This document shows, piece after piece, positions 52,135 through 61,543 of a DNA stretch of 64,000 bases. Origin of the DNA: Methanobacteriota archaeon. Lineage in GTDB: Archaea; Thermoplasmatota; Thermoplasmata; Methanomassiliicoccales; UBA472. The notes beneath the pieces were generated by a model, which saw only the letters and a program-made list of their open reading frames with translations, had not been told where the DNA came from and made no database searches. The stretch covers positions 178 through 64,177 of the forward strand of contig JAAYDU010000034.1 of NCBI GenBank assembly GCA_012729095.1, in the 5' to 3' direction. The stretch's first letter is position 1; the number at the start of each line of letters is the position of its first letter. A program made the position numbers and the translations under genes.

Positions 52135-53030
52135 CCTAGGAAAAGGGACACCTTCACCCTGCGACCCAGGGAGGGGTCCGTTCGCGAGGCGAGGAGCAGC
52201 TTCCTGACCTTCAAGCGCCCTGATACCTCCCTCATGCATTCCTCCAGGCCTACACGGTCCTCCTGCCCCTGGCTGACCAGCATCAGGGCGGCGTCCGGCT
52301 GGAACTCGGCGGAGGGGAACCAGGGCGAGGTCAGGGCATCCTCCACCGCCAACCGCTCCTTCTCCAAGCCCATGCCGTAGCCTATGCCGGCCCGAAGCTC
52401 CCTCTTCCCCAGGTTCTCCTTCAGCAAGGGTATCGATTCCGAGGTGAGGCAATGGCACAGGTCGGTCGGCAGGGAAAGCATGATCTGGTCCATCACCCCG
52501 AAGGCCTTTCCCAGAGGAAGGTTTGGAGCGAGCTTGATCAACGGGTCGTTGGCGTACACCGCCACCATGTGGGAAGCCTCCTTCAGCCGGGCCAGCCCCT
52601 CCTTGGCCATGGCTCGGCGGTTGGAACCTTCCACGGAGAAGGGAAGGCAGACGCTGGTGAAGGTCATGGTGGAGTAATGCGCGATCTCCGTTATCAGCGG
52701 GGCGACGTAGCTGCCGGTCTCCCCACCCAGCCCGCTGAACAGGAACAGTGCCTGCGGCCTTCCCACGGCCTCGGCAAGCCTTTTCTTCCAGGGCAGGTCG
52801 GAGACGTGAAGGGCGGTGGAGGAGCTTGTGCGGGCCACGTTCACCTCGCTTTTACGCAGCAGCACCTGCCGGTACCCGGTTATACCGTGGTCCCCCTCCT
52901 GGCAGACGGTGAGCTTTTCCCCTGGCATCAGCGCGGCCATGCGCCTGCCCGCTCCCCCTACCCCCACCACCAGTATCTCTGGTCTGGGAAGGGATGATGT
53001 TCCGGGCAGCTCCACCAACTCTGGTCGCAC
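52122..53030 (-). CDS. Divergent FtsZ/tubulin-superfamily protein with degenerate GTPase motifs
   Basis: ILVVGVGGAGRRM (T1-like), LFSGLGGETGSYVAPL (T4 signature-like), LPFSVEG..R, VYANDPL, GYGMG...ALTSPW. No NxDxxD T7 loop recognisable. GTG start, with uncertain 5' end. Confidence 0.55.
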   Translation of the reverse strand: MRPELVELPGTSSLPRPEILVVGVGGAGRRMAALMPGEKLTVCQEGDHGITGYRQVLLRKSEVNVARTSSSTALHVSDLPWKKRLAEAVGRPQALFLFSGLGGETGSYVAPLITEIAHYSTMTFTSVCLPFSVEGSNRRAMAKEGLARLKEASHMVAVYANDPLIKLAPNLPLGKAFGVMDQIMLSLPTDLCHCLTSESIPLLKENLGKRELRAGIGYGMGLEKERLAVEDALTSPWFPSAEFQPDAALMLVSQGQEDRVGLEECMREVSGRLKVRKLLLASRTDPSLGRRVKVSLFLGYRF

Positions 53031-53058
53031 GGGCCTATAAACACCTTACTCGGATATG

Positions 53059-53075
53059 GCATTTTCACCGCGCCC
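53059..53075 (+). promoter_or_regulatory. Motif GCATTTTCACCGCGCCC, starting 58 nt upstream of the herA ATG
   Basis: Read directly from the sequence. 16/17 identical to 56408-56424. Followed 7 nt later by TTTCTATA. Confidence 0.5.
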
Positions 53076-53116
53076 GCAGAAATTTCTATACACCCTGGAA
53101 GGCATGGCCGGCCGAC

Positions 53117-54643
53117 ATGACGGACATTGGCAGGATTTTCGGCAACCGGGTCATGGAGCTGCGCTTTCGCACTAGCGAGGCGGAGGACCTCCAGGTCGGG
53201 GAGATGCTGGTTGTCGAGGAGGGCGGCGTCAAGTTCCTGGTGCGGACCATGGACGTGCTTTTCGGCGCCGATTCGGACGATGACGATTACCTGGAATGGC
53301 AGGCCGGGGTGGCCATGAGGGACGATTTCGACTACGAGCGCGTCAAGGGCGACCTTTACAAGGTGGGAGTTTGCACCCCCCTGGGCTGTCTTAGGGATGA
53401 CAGCTACCGCAAGGCGAAATCGATTCCCCGGCACTTCTCCCGGGTGCGCCGGGCGGACCAGGGGGATTACGACTTCCTGAGGCCGATGATGGGCGATGTG
53501 GAGGTCGGGCGCCTGCGCTCCGGGGACCGCGTGCTCGATTTCCGGGTGGGCATCGATTCGCGGGGATTCCCGCACCATGTGGGGATATTCGCCACCACTG
53601 GCATGGGCAAGAGCAACCTGATGAAATCATTGGCGCTGTCCTGCATGGAGTCCCGGCGCTGCGGATTCCTCATCCTCGATCCGCACGGGGAGTACTTCGA
53701 CGGCGGAGAAAGGGGTAAGAAAGGACTGTCGCACTCCAAGCTGGCCCCTGAGGCCTTGGACGTTTACTCCTCGCGCAGGCTGGATGGGCCGCACAGTTCC
53801 ATTCACGTATCCAGCGCGGAGATAGAGATCCCTGACCTGGCGAACCTCTACGAGTTCTCCGGGGCGCAGCTGGAATGCCTGCAGGCATCGCAGTGGAAGT
53901 ACGGGGAGAGATGGCTGGATGAGCTTCGCGACAAGAGCGTGGCCAACATCGTCAGCGACCTGAACGGGCGGTTCCACGAGGGCAGCGTCAACGTGATCAA
54001 GCGCCGTCTGGATTCCATATTCCAGTTCGATCTCGTCACCACGGACCGCGATCTGAGCATGACCAGGGCGGTGATCTCGGCGCTCCAGGACGGCAAGACC
54101 GTTCTGGTGGACACCTCCAACATGTTCGAGGCCGAGGAGCTGCTGGTCTCGACCGTTCTCACCCGCGCGATATTCGAGCGCAACAAGGCCCTGTACTCCG
54201 ACAAGACGAGGTTCGAAAAGGCACCTCCGGTGCTGATCGCCATGGAGGAGGCGCAGCGCGTCCTCTCGCAATCCAAGGGCACCGTCTTCGCCCAGATCGC
54301 CCGGGAGGGCCGCAAGTTCAAGGTGGGGTTCTGCGCCGTCTCGCAGCAACCCAAGCTGATCAACGAGGAGATCATATCCCAGTTCAACACCCTCTTCATC
54401 CTGGGGCTGGCGGACAAGCGGGACCGGGACATACTCAGGAACTCCGCGAAGCAGGACATATCCATGCTGGACAACGAGATCCAGATGCTTATGCCAGGCG
54501 AGGCCCTGATCGCGTCCCCGTTCACGCCGTTCGCGATACCGTGCAAGGTGCATCTTTACGAGGATTATGTTGAGGAGTCCAACGTCAGAACGGGGGAAAG
54601 GAAAAATACCGTGAACAGGGATGTGGGGCAGACGTTCTTCTGA
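53117..54643 (+). CDS. herA: HerA-type hexameric DNA helicase/translocase (DUF87 ATPase)
   Basis: HAS-barrel-like N-terminus, Walker A TTGMGKSN, Walker B VLIAMEEAQ, QQPKLI. Start ATG 53117. Confidence 0.8.
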   Translation: MTDIGRIFGNRVMELRFRTSEAEDLQVGEMLVVEEGGVKFLVRTMDVLFGADSDDDDYLEWQAGVAMRDDFDYERVKGDLYKVGVCTPLGCLRDDSYRKAKSIPRHFSRVRRADQGDYDFLRPMMGDVEVGRLRSGDRVLDFRVGIDSRGFPHHVGIFATTGMGKSNLMKSLALSCMESRRCGFLILDPHGEYFDGGERGKKGLSHSKLAPEALDVYSSRRLDGPHSSIHVSSAEIEIPDLANLYEFSGAQLECLQASQWKYGERWLDELRDKSVANIVSDLNGRFHEGSVNVIKRRLDSIFQFDLVTTDRDLSMTRAVISALQDGKTVLVDTSNMFEAEELLVSTVLTRAIFERNKALYSDKTRFEKAPPVLIAMEEAQRVLSQSKGTVFAQIAREGRKFKVGFCAVSQQPKLINEEIISQFNTLFILGLADKRDRDILRNSAKQDISMLDNEIQMLMPGEALIASPFTPFAIPCKVHLYEDYVEESNVRTGERKNTVNRDVGQTFF

Positions 54644-54652
54644 GGCGCAGTG

Positions 54653-56407
54653 ATGGAAGCGGAAACCACGTTCCTTCTAGAGATGGCCATCATCATGGTC
54701 ACCGCCGGGGTGATTTCCGTTATCTTCTCCAAACTGCGCCTGCCGGTGGTCATCGGCTACCTGGCCGCGGGGATCATACTCGGCCCGAACCTGTTCGAGC
54801 CCTCGTTCATCACCGACATGGGCATAATCGATGCCCTGGCCAACGCCGGTATCGTCCTTCTGATGTTCACCCTGGGATTGGAGTTCAACCTGCGCCGCCT
54901 CCGCAAGGTCGGTCTCTTCGCCGCCCTGGCCGGGAGCGTGGAGATCGTGCTCATGATAACCCTCGGTTATGGGCTGGGCATCGCCCTGGGATGGACCACC
55001 CTCCAATCCGTGTTCCTGGGGGCGGTGATGAGCATCAGCTCCACCGCGGTGATCATCAGGGTGCTCGCCGACTCGGGAATGATGAAGAAGGAGTTCGCCG
55101 AGGCCATAGTCGGAATATTGATAATAGAGGACATCGCCGCGGTCATCATCCTGACGCTGTCGTCGCCTCTGGCCGCCGGCGACGGGGTCACCATAACCAG
55201 CATAGTCATGCAGATCGCCTACATCGGGGCCTTCATGCTCATACTGCTGGTGATGGGGCTGGCGGTCCTACCGAGGCTGATGGACCGCATGTACCCCACC
55301 GCCTCCCCCGAGACGCTGCTCATAGTATCCCTGGGCATGTGCTTCGGCATGGCCATGGTCGCCCAGTTCTTCGGGCTGTCGGTGGCCATCGGGGCGTTCC
55401 TGGTGGGAATTATAATCTCCCAGTCCATGGCCCAGGAGAAGGTGGTGGAGCGCATAACCCCCATCAAGGAGATGTTCATGGCCCTGTTCTTCATCTCCAT
55501 AGGGCTGCTGATCGACCCTTGGCTGATCATGGACAACATACTGGTGGCCGTGGCCATCGCGGTGGTGTTCATCATCGGCAAGATGTTCAGCGTCACCTTG
55601 GGCAACTTCCTCAGCAACAAGGACGCCCGCACCTCGGCCATGGCCGGACTGGGCATGGTGGCCATGGGAGAGTTCTCCTTCGTCATAGCCAAGACCGCCT
55701 ACGACCTGGGGGCGGTGGACCAGCTATTCTATTCCTCGGTCATAGGGGCGGCCCTGATCACCATGATATACCTACCCGCCTCGTTCAAAAGGGCCCCGCA
55801 GACCGTCACTTCCGTTGGGAACGCCCTTCCGGCCTCTGTGCGCGAGTCGCTGCGCCGGGTGGACCATCTGCGCAAGGACATGGGCACCTGGATGAACGCC
55901 CACGCTGACCGGCGCAGGGAGGTCCAGAGACAGATATTCTGGATATTCATCGACATGATGATCATATTCCTCCTGCAGGTGATGGCCGTCACCTTCTACG
56001 ACATCGTCGGGCTGTTCGGAGTGGACCCTGACGGGATCGGAGCGGTATGGTACGTGGTCGCCATAGTAGCATTCATCGGCCTCATGCTGCCGCCTTTGCT
56101 GAACATCATGAACCGGGTGAGGGTGATCGGCCTTATGCTGATACGCGGGGTGATGGAGGGAGGGCACTTCGAGACGGGGGCGGAGGGAAGGCTGTTCAAG
56201 GTGTTCGTGGACCTCATCGTCTCCATCATAGGCGTCGTTCTGTTCTTCCTCTTCATTCCCATAGCGCCTCACGTTGAGGGATTCCCGGTGCTGCTGGTGT
56301 TCGGCGCCGCGGTGGGTCTGTTGATAGCCTACCTACTGTGGGACGCCAACAAGAGCGCCTACGACCGCATGTGTCACATACTCACCGACCGCCTGCGCGA
56401 GGAGTGA
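54653..56407 (+). CDS. CPA2-family cation:proton antiporter with an extra C-terminal membrane domain
   Basis: LPVVIGYLAAGIILGP, LLMFTLGLEF, IIEDIAAVIIL. About 13+ TM helices. GTG 54650 is an alternative start. Confidence 0.8.
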   Translation: MEAETTFLLEMAIIMVTAGVISVIFSKLRLPVVIGYLAAGIILGPNLFEPSFITDMGIIDALANAGIVLLMFTLGLEFNLRRLRKVGLFAALAGSVEIVLMITLGYGLGIALGWTTLQSVFLGAVMSISSTAVIIRVLADSGMMKKEFAEAIVGILIIEDIAAVIILTLSSPLAAGDGVTITSIVMQIAYIGAFMLILLVMGLAVLPRLMDRMYPTASPETLLIVSLGMCFGMAMVAQFFGLSVAIGAFLVGIIISQSMAQEKVVERITPIKEMFMALFFISIGLLIDPWLIMDNILVAVAIAVVFIIGKMFSVTLGNFLSNKDARTSAMAGLGMVAMGEFSFVIAKTAYDLGAVDQLFYSSVIGAALITMIYLPASFKRAPQTVTSVGNALPASVRESLRRVDHLRKDMGTWMNAHADRRREVQRQIFWIFIDMMIIFLLQVMAVTFYDIVGLFGVDPDGIGAVWYVVAIVAFIGLMLPPLLNIMNRVRVIGLMLIRGVMEGGHFETGAEGRLFKVFVDLIVSIIGVVLFFLFIPIAPHVEGFPVLLVFGAAVGLLIAYLLWDANKSAYDRMCHILTDRLREE

Positions 56408-56424
56408 GCATTTTCACCGCCCCC
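56408..56424 (+). promoter_or_regulatory. Motif GCATTTTCACCGCCCCC, starting 58 nt upstream of the mre11 ATG
   Basis: Read directly from the sequence. Begins right after the antiporter stop codon. Followed 9 nt later by TTTTTTAA (56434-56441), which could serve as both oligo-T terminator and TATA box. Confidence 0.5.
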
Positions 56425-56465
56425 ATCGAATGCTTTTTTAAGCCCAGCCCTCTAATCCCTGCCGG

Positions 56466-57578
56466 ATGAGGATTGCGCACATAGCCGACACCCACATCGG
56501 CTTCTCCGCTTACCGTCGCTCGGACCCCGATACGGGTATGAACCAGCGGGAGGTGGACGTTTACCGAGCGTTCGAGCGTCTTGTGGACTCCCTCATATCC
56601 GAAAGACCTGACGCGGTGCTGCACTCGGGGGACCTCTTCGATTCCGTGCGCCCCTCGAATCGCGCGCTGTCGGTGGTGCTCGAGCAGCTGCTGCGCCTTT
56701 CCGAGGAGAGAATACCGGTGGTGATGATAGCTGGCAACCACTCCACGCCCCGGCTGCGGGAGACGGGGAGCGTGTTCCGGCTTTTCGAGCACATAAAGGG
56801 CGTGCACGCCTTCTACACGCCTGGGAAGCACTGCCTGGAGCTGGGGGACCTGACTGTTGCCGCGTTCCCCCACCAGGACAAGGGGTCTATGGTCGAGGCC
56901 CTGCAGGGATGGAGGCGCGGCCGTTCTCGTTTCGAAGTGGGCATGCTGCACGCGGGCATACAGGGGCTGACCCGGTACAGCATGGGCGAGGCCAACGAGC
57001 TTAACCTGCCCTCCTCCCTGCTGAACCTGGACGCGGACTACATAGCCCTTGGGCACTTCCATGGAAAGGAGCAGATCACCGAGAACGCCTGGTACAGCGG
57101 CTCCTTGGAAAGGCTTTCTTTCGCCGAGGCCGGCCAGGAGAAGGGATATATGCTGGTGGACCTGGACAAGGGCCGCAAGGACTTCGTTAGCCTCCCCGCA
57201 AGACCGATGCGTTCCCTAGGTCCCTTCAAGGCAAAGGGGAAGGACGCCGGAGACCTGCAGGATGAGCTGGTCGCCGCCTTGAGCTCTGCGCAACTGGAAG
57301 GGAGCATAGTGCGCCTGGTGGTGGAGGACGTTCCCGCCGCCCTGTACCGCAGCCTGGACCTTAACGCCATGCGGGCCCTGGCGGAAAAGGCGGTGCATCT
57401 GGAGCTGAAGTTCGAGATCGTGCAGGGCACCGATTCCGTGCAGTGGCGCTCCACCGCCTTCGGTTCCCTGGACCAGGAGTTCGGATCGTACCTGTCGCGG
57501 GTGCCGGTGGAAGGCGTTGACAAGGAGGAGCTGCGCCGGCGGGGGCTGGACTATCTCAAGAGGGGGGAGCGGGAATGA
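56466..57578 (+). CDS. mre11: Mre11 double-strand-break repair nuclease (calcineurin-like phosphoesterase)
   Basis: IAHIADTHIG, HSGDLFD, IAGNHS, LGHFH. Confidence 0.85.
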   Translation: MRIAHIADTHIGFSAYRRSDPDTGMNQREVDVYRAFERLVDSLISERPDAVLHSGDLFDSVRPSNRALSVVLEQLLRLSEERIPVVMIAGNHSTPRLRETGSVFRLFEHIKGVHAFYTPGKHCLELGDLTVAAFPHQDKGSMVEALQGWRRGRSRFEVGMLHAGIQGLTRYSMGEANELNLPSSLLNLDADYIALGHFHGKEQITENAWYSGSLERLSFAEAGQEKGYMLVDLDKGRKDFVSLPARPMRSLGPFKAKGKDAGDLQDELVAALSSAQLEGSIVRLVVEDVPAALYRSLDLNAMRALAEKAVHLELKFEIVQGTDSVQWRSTAFGSLDQEFGSYLSRVPVEGVDKEELRRRGLDYLKRGERE

Positions 57579-59995
57579 GGCTGCGCTACATGGAGATGCG
57601 CAACTACCGGAAGTTCCGCGACTCCCGCATCGAGTTCCCCGATGGCGTGGTCGCCATAGTGGGCCAGAACGGGACCGGCAAGACCACCATACTGGAGGCG
57701 GTGACCTGGGCCTTGTTCGGCAACTCGTCCTCGGTGGTGAGGGACAACAAGGAGGGGGTGGTCAGCTTCGGCGCTTCACCGGGAGATGAATGCTCGGTCG
57801 TGCTGGAGTTCGACCTTGGCGAGGACTCCTATCGCCTGGCCCGCAGCATGAAGGTGAAGAGCCTGAAGACTGATGCCTCGCTGGAGGTGAACGGAAAACT
57901 GCTAGCGTCCGGGGACACGGATGTCACCAAGGCCGTGGCCGCAAAGCTGGGCATGGACCACCAGGCCTTCTTCGTGTCCGTTTTCACCAAGCAGAAGGAC
58001 CTGAACGCCCTTGCCAACCTGAGGCCGGCCGACCGCAAGACCCTGGTGCTGCGCATGCTGCGCGTGGACCTCCTGGACGATGTGATCAAGAGCATAGACC
58101 GGGACGCCAAGGACGCCAAGAGGGAGGCCGAGGGAACCTCCGCCCTGCTCCGGAATGCCGAGGGAAAGGACCGGTTGAGCTCGCTGAGGGAAGAGGAGCG
58201 CGCCGCTGCGGAAAGGTCCAAGAGCATCGCCGAGGGAAGCGCGAGGCTGCTGGCGGAAAGGGACGCTGCCAAGGAAAGGGCCCGGGCCAGCAGGGAGCTT
58301 TGGGGATCGGAGGAAGAGCGTTACCGGAAGGACGTGGCCCTGGAGAGAAGGCAGGCCACCGCCCGGGCCGGGTTGCAGGCCATGCACGGGTCCCTGGAAA
58401 AGCTGGAGGCAGAGGTTCGGGAACTGCGCCTCATAGGCGATTCATTGCCCGATCTGGAGAGTAAGGACGCGGAGTACAGGGAAGCCAAGATCGCCGCGGA
58501 AAGGCATTCCACCCTGCGGGAGGCGTTCCTGGGACGGCGGAGGAAGGAGGAGGAGCTGGCAGCCAGGCGCGCCGACCTTGTTTCCCTGCTGGAGGAGGCG
58601 GAGCAGGCGGTCAAGGACATGGCCGGGCTGCCCGACCTGGAGGCCAGCCTGGCCACGGTAGAGGAGAACCTTAACGGCACCAGGGACCTGCTGTCCTCCA
58701 TAACCGCCCAGGCCCGGGTGGCCGAGGCGGAGGCGACCAGGCTTCGTTCCGAGATCGTTTCCTCGAAGGAAAGGTCGGAGGAGATCGGCAAGCTGGGAGA
58801 GGACAGCAACTGCCCCACCTGCCTGAGGCGGATGGGGGCGCAGTACACCGACCTCCTTCGACGTTACCAGGAGGAGCAGGCAGCTTTGGAGGGGGCCGCT
58901 GCGAAGCAGGACCTCATTGCAAAAGAACTTGCAGAGCAGCGTTCCCGCGCCGACCGGCGCCGCGAGGCGCTTGAATCGCGCCGCTCCAAACTGCTGTCCC
59001 AGGCCCGGCTAAAGGCCTCTCTGGAGGAGAGGGAGCGCAAGGCAAGGCATTCCCTGTCCCGTACGCAGGCGGCGGTGGACGGGCTGCTGAAGGAGCTGGA
59101 GGGGGCGGGACCGGCGGAGTACGACGCCAAGGCGCATGATGCAGTGAAACGAAGGGTGGCCGAGCTTGAGCCGTCCCACCTGGCCCTGAACCGGGCCGTG
59201 ACCAAGATGGAGAGGCTCCCCCTGGCCTTGAAGGAGAGGGAGGAAACGGCCGCGGCCGTGGCCCGGGAGGCGGAGGAGCTGCGCGGCGTCTCCCGGGAAA
59301 GGAGGGAGTTGGCCTTCGACATCGGGACGCTGCAGGCGGTAAAAGCGGCCCACGAGGTAGCCAGGATGGACGAGGAGCGGCTGACCCAGGAGATAATCAG
59401 GGCGGAGGGGGAGCAGGCCCGCCTGCGCTCGGAGGTCCGGACGCTGCGGGAAAGGATCGCGGAGCTGGAGGGCCTGCGGACCAGGCACTGCGCGCTGATG
59501 GTCGAGCTGGAGACGCTCAACCGCCTGAGCCAGGTGATGAGAGGGTTCAAGGAGAACGTCATCTCCCGCATCACACCCACCCTGTCGGACATATCCTCGG
59601 ACCTGCTGTCCCAGTTGACCGAGGGCAAGTACGGCGGCATGCGGCTGGACGAGAACTACCAGATGTGGCTGTACGATCAGGGGGAGGAGTTCCGATTGGA
59701 GCGCTTCTCCGGCGGGGAGGTGGACCTTGCAAACCTTTGCCTGAGGTTGGCGATATCGCGGATGATCATGGAGCGCTCCGGCAATCAGATGAACTTCTTG
59801 GTGCTCGACGAGATATTCGGCTCGCAGGACCAGTCGCGCAAGCGCAGCATACTGGAGACGCTGGGGCAATTGCAGAAGCAGTTCCGGCAGATACTGCTGA
59901 TAACGCACATCGATGACGTGAAGGACAACGTCAGCGCCGTAATGCGGGTGCGGGAGAACGAGAACGGCTCCAGCACGGTGGTGCTGGAGGATTAG
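57575..59995 (+). CDS. rad50: Rad50 SMC-like ATPase
   Basis: Walker A GQNGTGKTT, long coiled coils, zinc hook CPTC (58811-58822), signature FSGGE, Walker B LVLDE. ATGA overlap with mre11. Confidence 0.85.
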   Translation: MRLRYMEMRNYRKFRDSRIEFPDGVVAIVGQNGTGKTTILEAVTWALFGNSSSVVRDNKEGVVSFGASPGDECSVVLEFDLGEDSYRLARSMKVKSLKTDASLEVNGKLLASGDTDVTKAVAAKLGMDHQAFFVSVFTKQKDLNALANLRPADRKTLVLRMLRVDLLDDVIKSIDRDAKDAKREAEGTSALLRNAEGKDRLSSLREEERAAAERSKSIAEGSARLLAERDAAKERARASRELWGSEEERYRKDVALERRQATARAGLQAMHGSLEKLEAEVRELRLIGDSLPDLESKDAEYREAKIAAERHSTLREAFLGRRRKEEELAARRADLVSLLEEAEQAVKDMAGLPDLEASLATVEENLNGTRDLLSSITAQARVAEAEATRLRSEIVSSKERSEEIGKLGEDSNCPTCLRRMGAQYTDLLRRYQEEQAALEGAAAKQDLIAKELAEQRSRADRRREALESRRSKLLSQARLKASLEERERKARHSLSRTQAAVDGLLKELEGAGPAEYDAKAHDAVKRRVAELEPSHLALNRAVTKMERLPLALKEREETAAAVAREAEELRGVSRERRELAFDIGTLQAVKAAHEVARMDEERLTQEIIRAEGEQARLRSEVRTLRERIAELEGLRTRHCALMVELETLNRLSQVMRGFKENVISRITPTLSDISSDLLSQLTEGKYGGMRLDENYQMWLYDQGEEFRLERFSGGEVDLANLCLRLAISRMIMERSGNQMNFLVLDEIFGSQDQSRKRSILETLGQLQKQFRQILLITHIDDVKDNVSAVMRVRENENGSSTVVLED

Positions 59996-59998
59996 GTT

Positions 59999-60280
59999 TC
60001 ACTTTTGGTCGACGACCTGGATGAGATGCCAGCCGAACTGGGTCTTCACAGGTCCGACCACCTCGCCCTTGGCGTGATCGAACGCGGCGTCCTCGAACTC
60101 CTTGACCATCATTCCCTTTCCGAACCAGCCCAGGTCCCCGCCCTTCCGGCCGGAAGGGCACATGGAGTGCTGCTTGGCCAGATCGCCGAAGCTGGTTCCG
60201 TTCTTGATCATCTGCAGTAGTTCCTTGGCCTTGTCCTCTTTTGCCACCAGGATGTGCGCCGCCCTAACCTCTTTGACCAT
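59999..60280 (-). CDS. Parvulin-type peptidyl-prolyl cis-trans isomerase
   Basis: AAHILV, GGDLGWFGKGMMVKEFE, TQFGWHLI. Confidence 0.85.
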   Translation of the reverse strand: MVKEVRAAHILVAKEDKAKELLQMIKNGTSFGDLAKQHSMCPSGRKGGDLGWFGKGMMVKEFEDAAFDHAKGEVVGPVKTQFGWHLIQVVDQK

Positions 60281-60360
60281 GGACCCGGCATGGAAGGGGC
60301 GATATAAACTTGTTCTCCCGACATGCGCTGGCGGTCAGGCGCCCATTGATGCTTGTGTCG

Positions 60361-60366
60361 AAAAAA
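60361..60366 (-). terminator. Oligo-T (T6 on minus strand) 17 nt downstream of the arsR-arsM stop
   Basis: The plus strand reads aaaaaa. Archaeal terminators are typically oligo-T tracts. Weak call. Confidence 0.3.
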
Positions 60367-60383
60367 GCGGACCGGATGGTCTT

Positions 60384-61427
60384 TCAACGGACCTCTGGCT
60401 TCGTTGCCACGACCTTTAGGCTCTCCACCGGCAGCCCCCTATGCTGCTCCTTGCTGATATGCCTGTCCTCATTGATGCGATCGACCGTGAAACCGGCGGC
60501 GGCGATATGCTCCAGGTACTCCTCCTTCAGTACCGCCCCGGCTACGCATCCTGAGACAAGGTCCTTGTCCAGCCTCTGTTCCTCGGTCAGCTCCTCCAGC
60601 AGCACCATGTCGGAGATGTACATCCGGCCTCCCGGCCTGAGCACCCTGAACGCTTCCTTGAAGGCCTGGGACTTGTCCGGCACCAGGTTGATGACGCAGT
60701 TGCTCATGACCACGTCGACCGAGCCGTCCTCCACCGGCAGGTCCTCGATGTCGCCAAGCCTGAACTCCACGTTCTGGAACCCGTGGTCCCTGGCGACCTT
60801 ACCGGCCCTGGAGACCATCTCCTTGGTGAAGTCCACCCCGATCACCCGGCCGTTCGTACCGACCCTCTTGGCGGCCAGGAAGGAGTCCATTCCGGCGCCG
60901 CTGCCCAGATCGAGCACTGTCTCGCCCTCCTTTATGCGGCCCAGGGCCCCGGGGTTGCCGCAGCCCAGGCCCAGGTTCGATGAGGGAACAAGGTCCATCT
61001 CCTCGTCCGAGTAACCCACCGACGCGGATATCTGCAGGGGGCTCTGCTCGCTGCTGCAGCAGCTGGACCCGCAGGGGCCGCCGTTCAGGGCGATGGAGCC
61101 GTACTTCTTCCTTACCGCTTCCTTTATCTCGTCGTCCGTAAGGGTCCGGGCGTCGCAACATTGATCATGCTCTTCCACTCCCATGCCCACGAGGCGCTCG
61201 CGCATCCCCTCGCTGGCGATGCTGTATATCATGTTCCTGCCCCGCTTCTCGAACCTCACCACCCCTGCCTCGTGAAGCACCTTGAGATGCCTTGATATCG
61301 TGGTCTGGTCCTTTTTCGTGGATCGGAACTCGCAGGCGCAGTGGTCCTTCTTTAAAAGGCATCCTACGATGGTCAGCCTGGTCTCATCGCCCAGGGCCTT
61401 GAACAGCTTGACGTTCTCGGAGAGCAT
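60384..61427 (-). CDS. arsM: Fusion of ArsR/SmtB-type HTH domain and arsenite S-adenosylmethionine methyltransferase
   Basis: N-terminal [38 protein letters not shown]-terminal [23 protein letters not shown], plus Cys clusters (CGSSCC, GLGCGNP). Start ATG 61427. Confidence 0.75.
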   Translation of the reverse strand: MLSENVKLFKALGDETRLTIVGCLLKKDHCACEFRSTKKDQTTISRHLKVLHEAGVVRFEKRGRNMIYSIASEGMRERLVGMGVEEHDQCCDARTLTDDEIKEAVRKKYGSIALNGGPCGSSCCSSEQSPLQISASVGYSDEEMDLVPSSNLGLGCGNPGALGRIKEGETVLDLGSGAGMDSFLAAKRVGTNGRVIGVDFTKEMVSRAGKVARDHGFQNVEFRLGDIEDLPVEDGSVDVVMSNCVINLVPDKSQAFKEAFRVLRPGGRMYISDMVLLEELTEEQRLDKDLVSGCVAGAVLKEEYLEHIAAAGFTVDRINEDRHISKEQHRGLPVESLKVVATKPEVR

Positions 61428-61543
61428 TGATTCATGTACATATGAACATATATACATATTTTAGGGGCTTTCCGATCGCGTACCGACCTTGACCTGGGAG
61501 GAAGCGATAGCCTGCCAACCCGCGTCAACGTCCTTGCGGCCAG

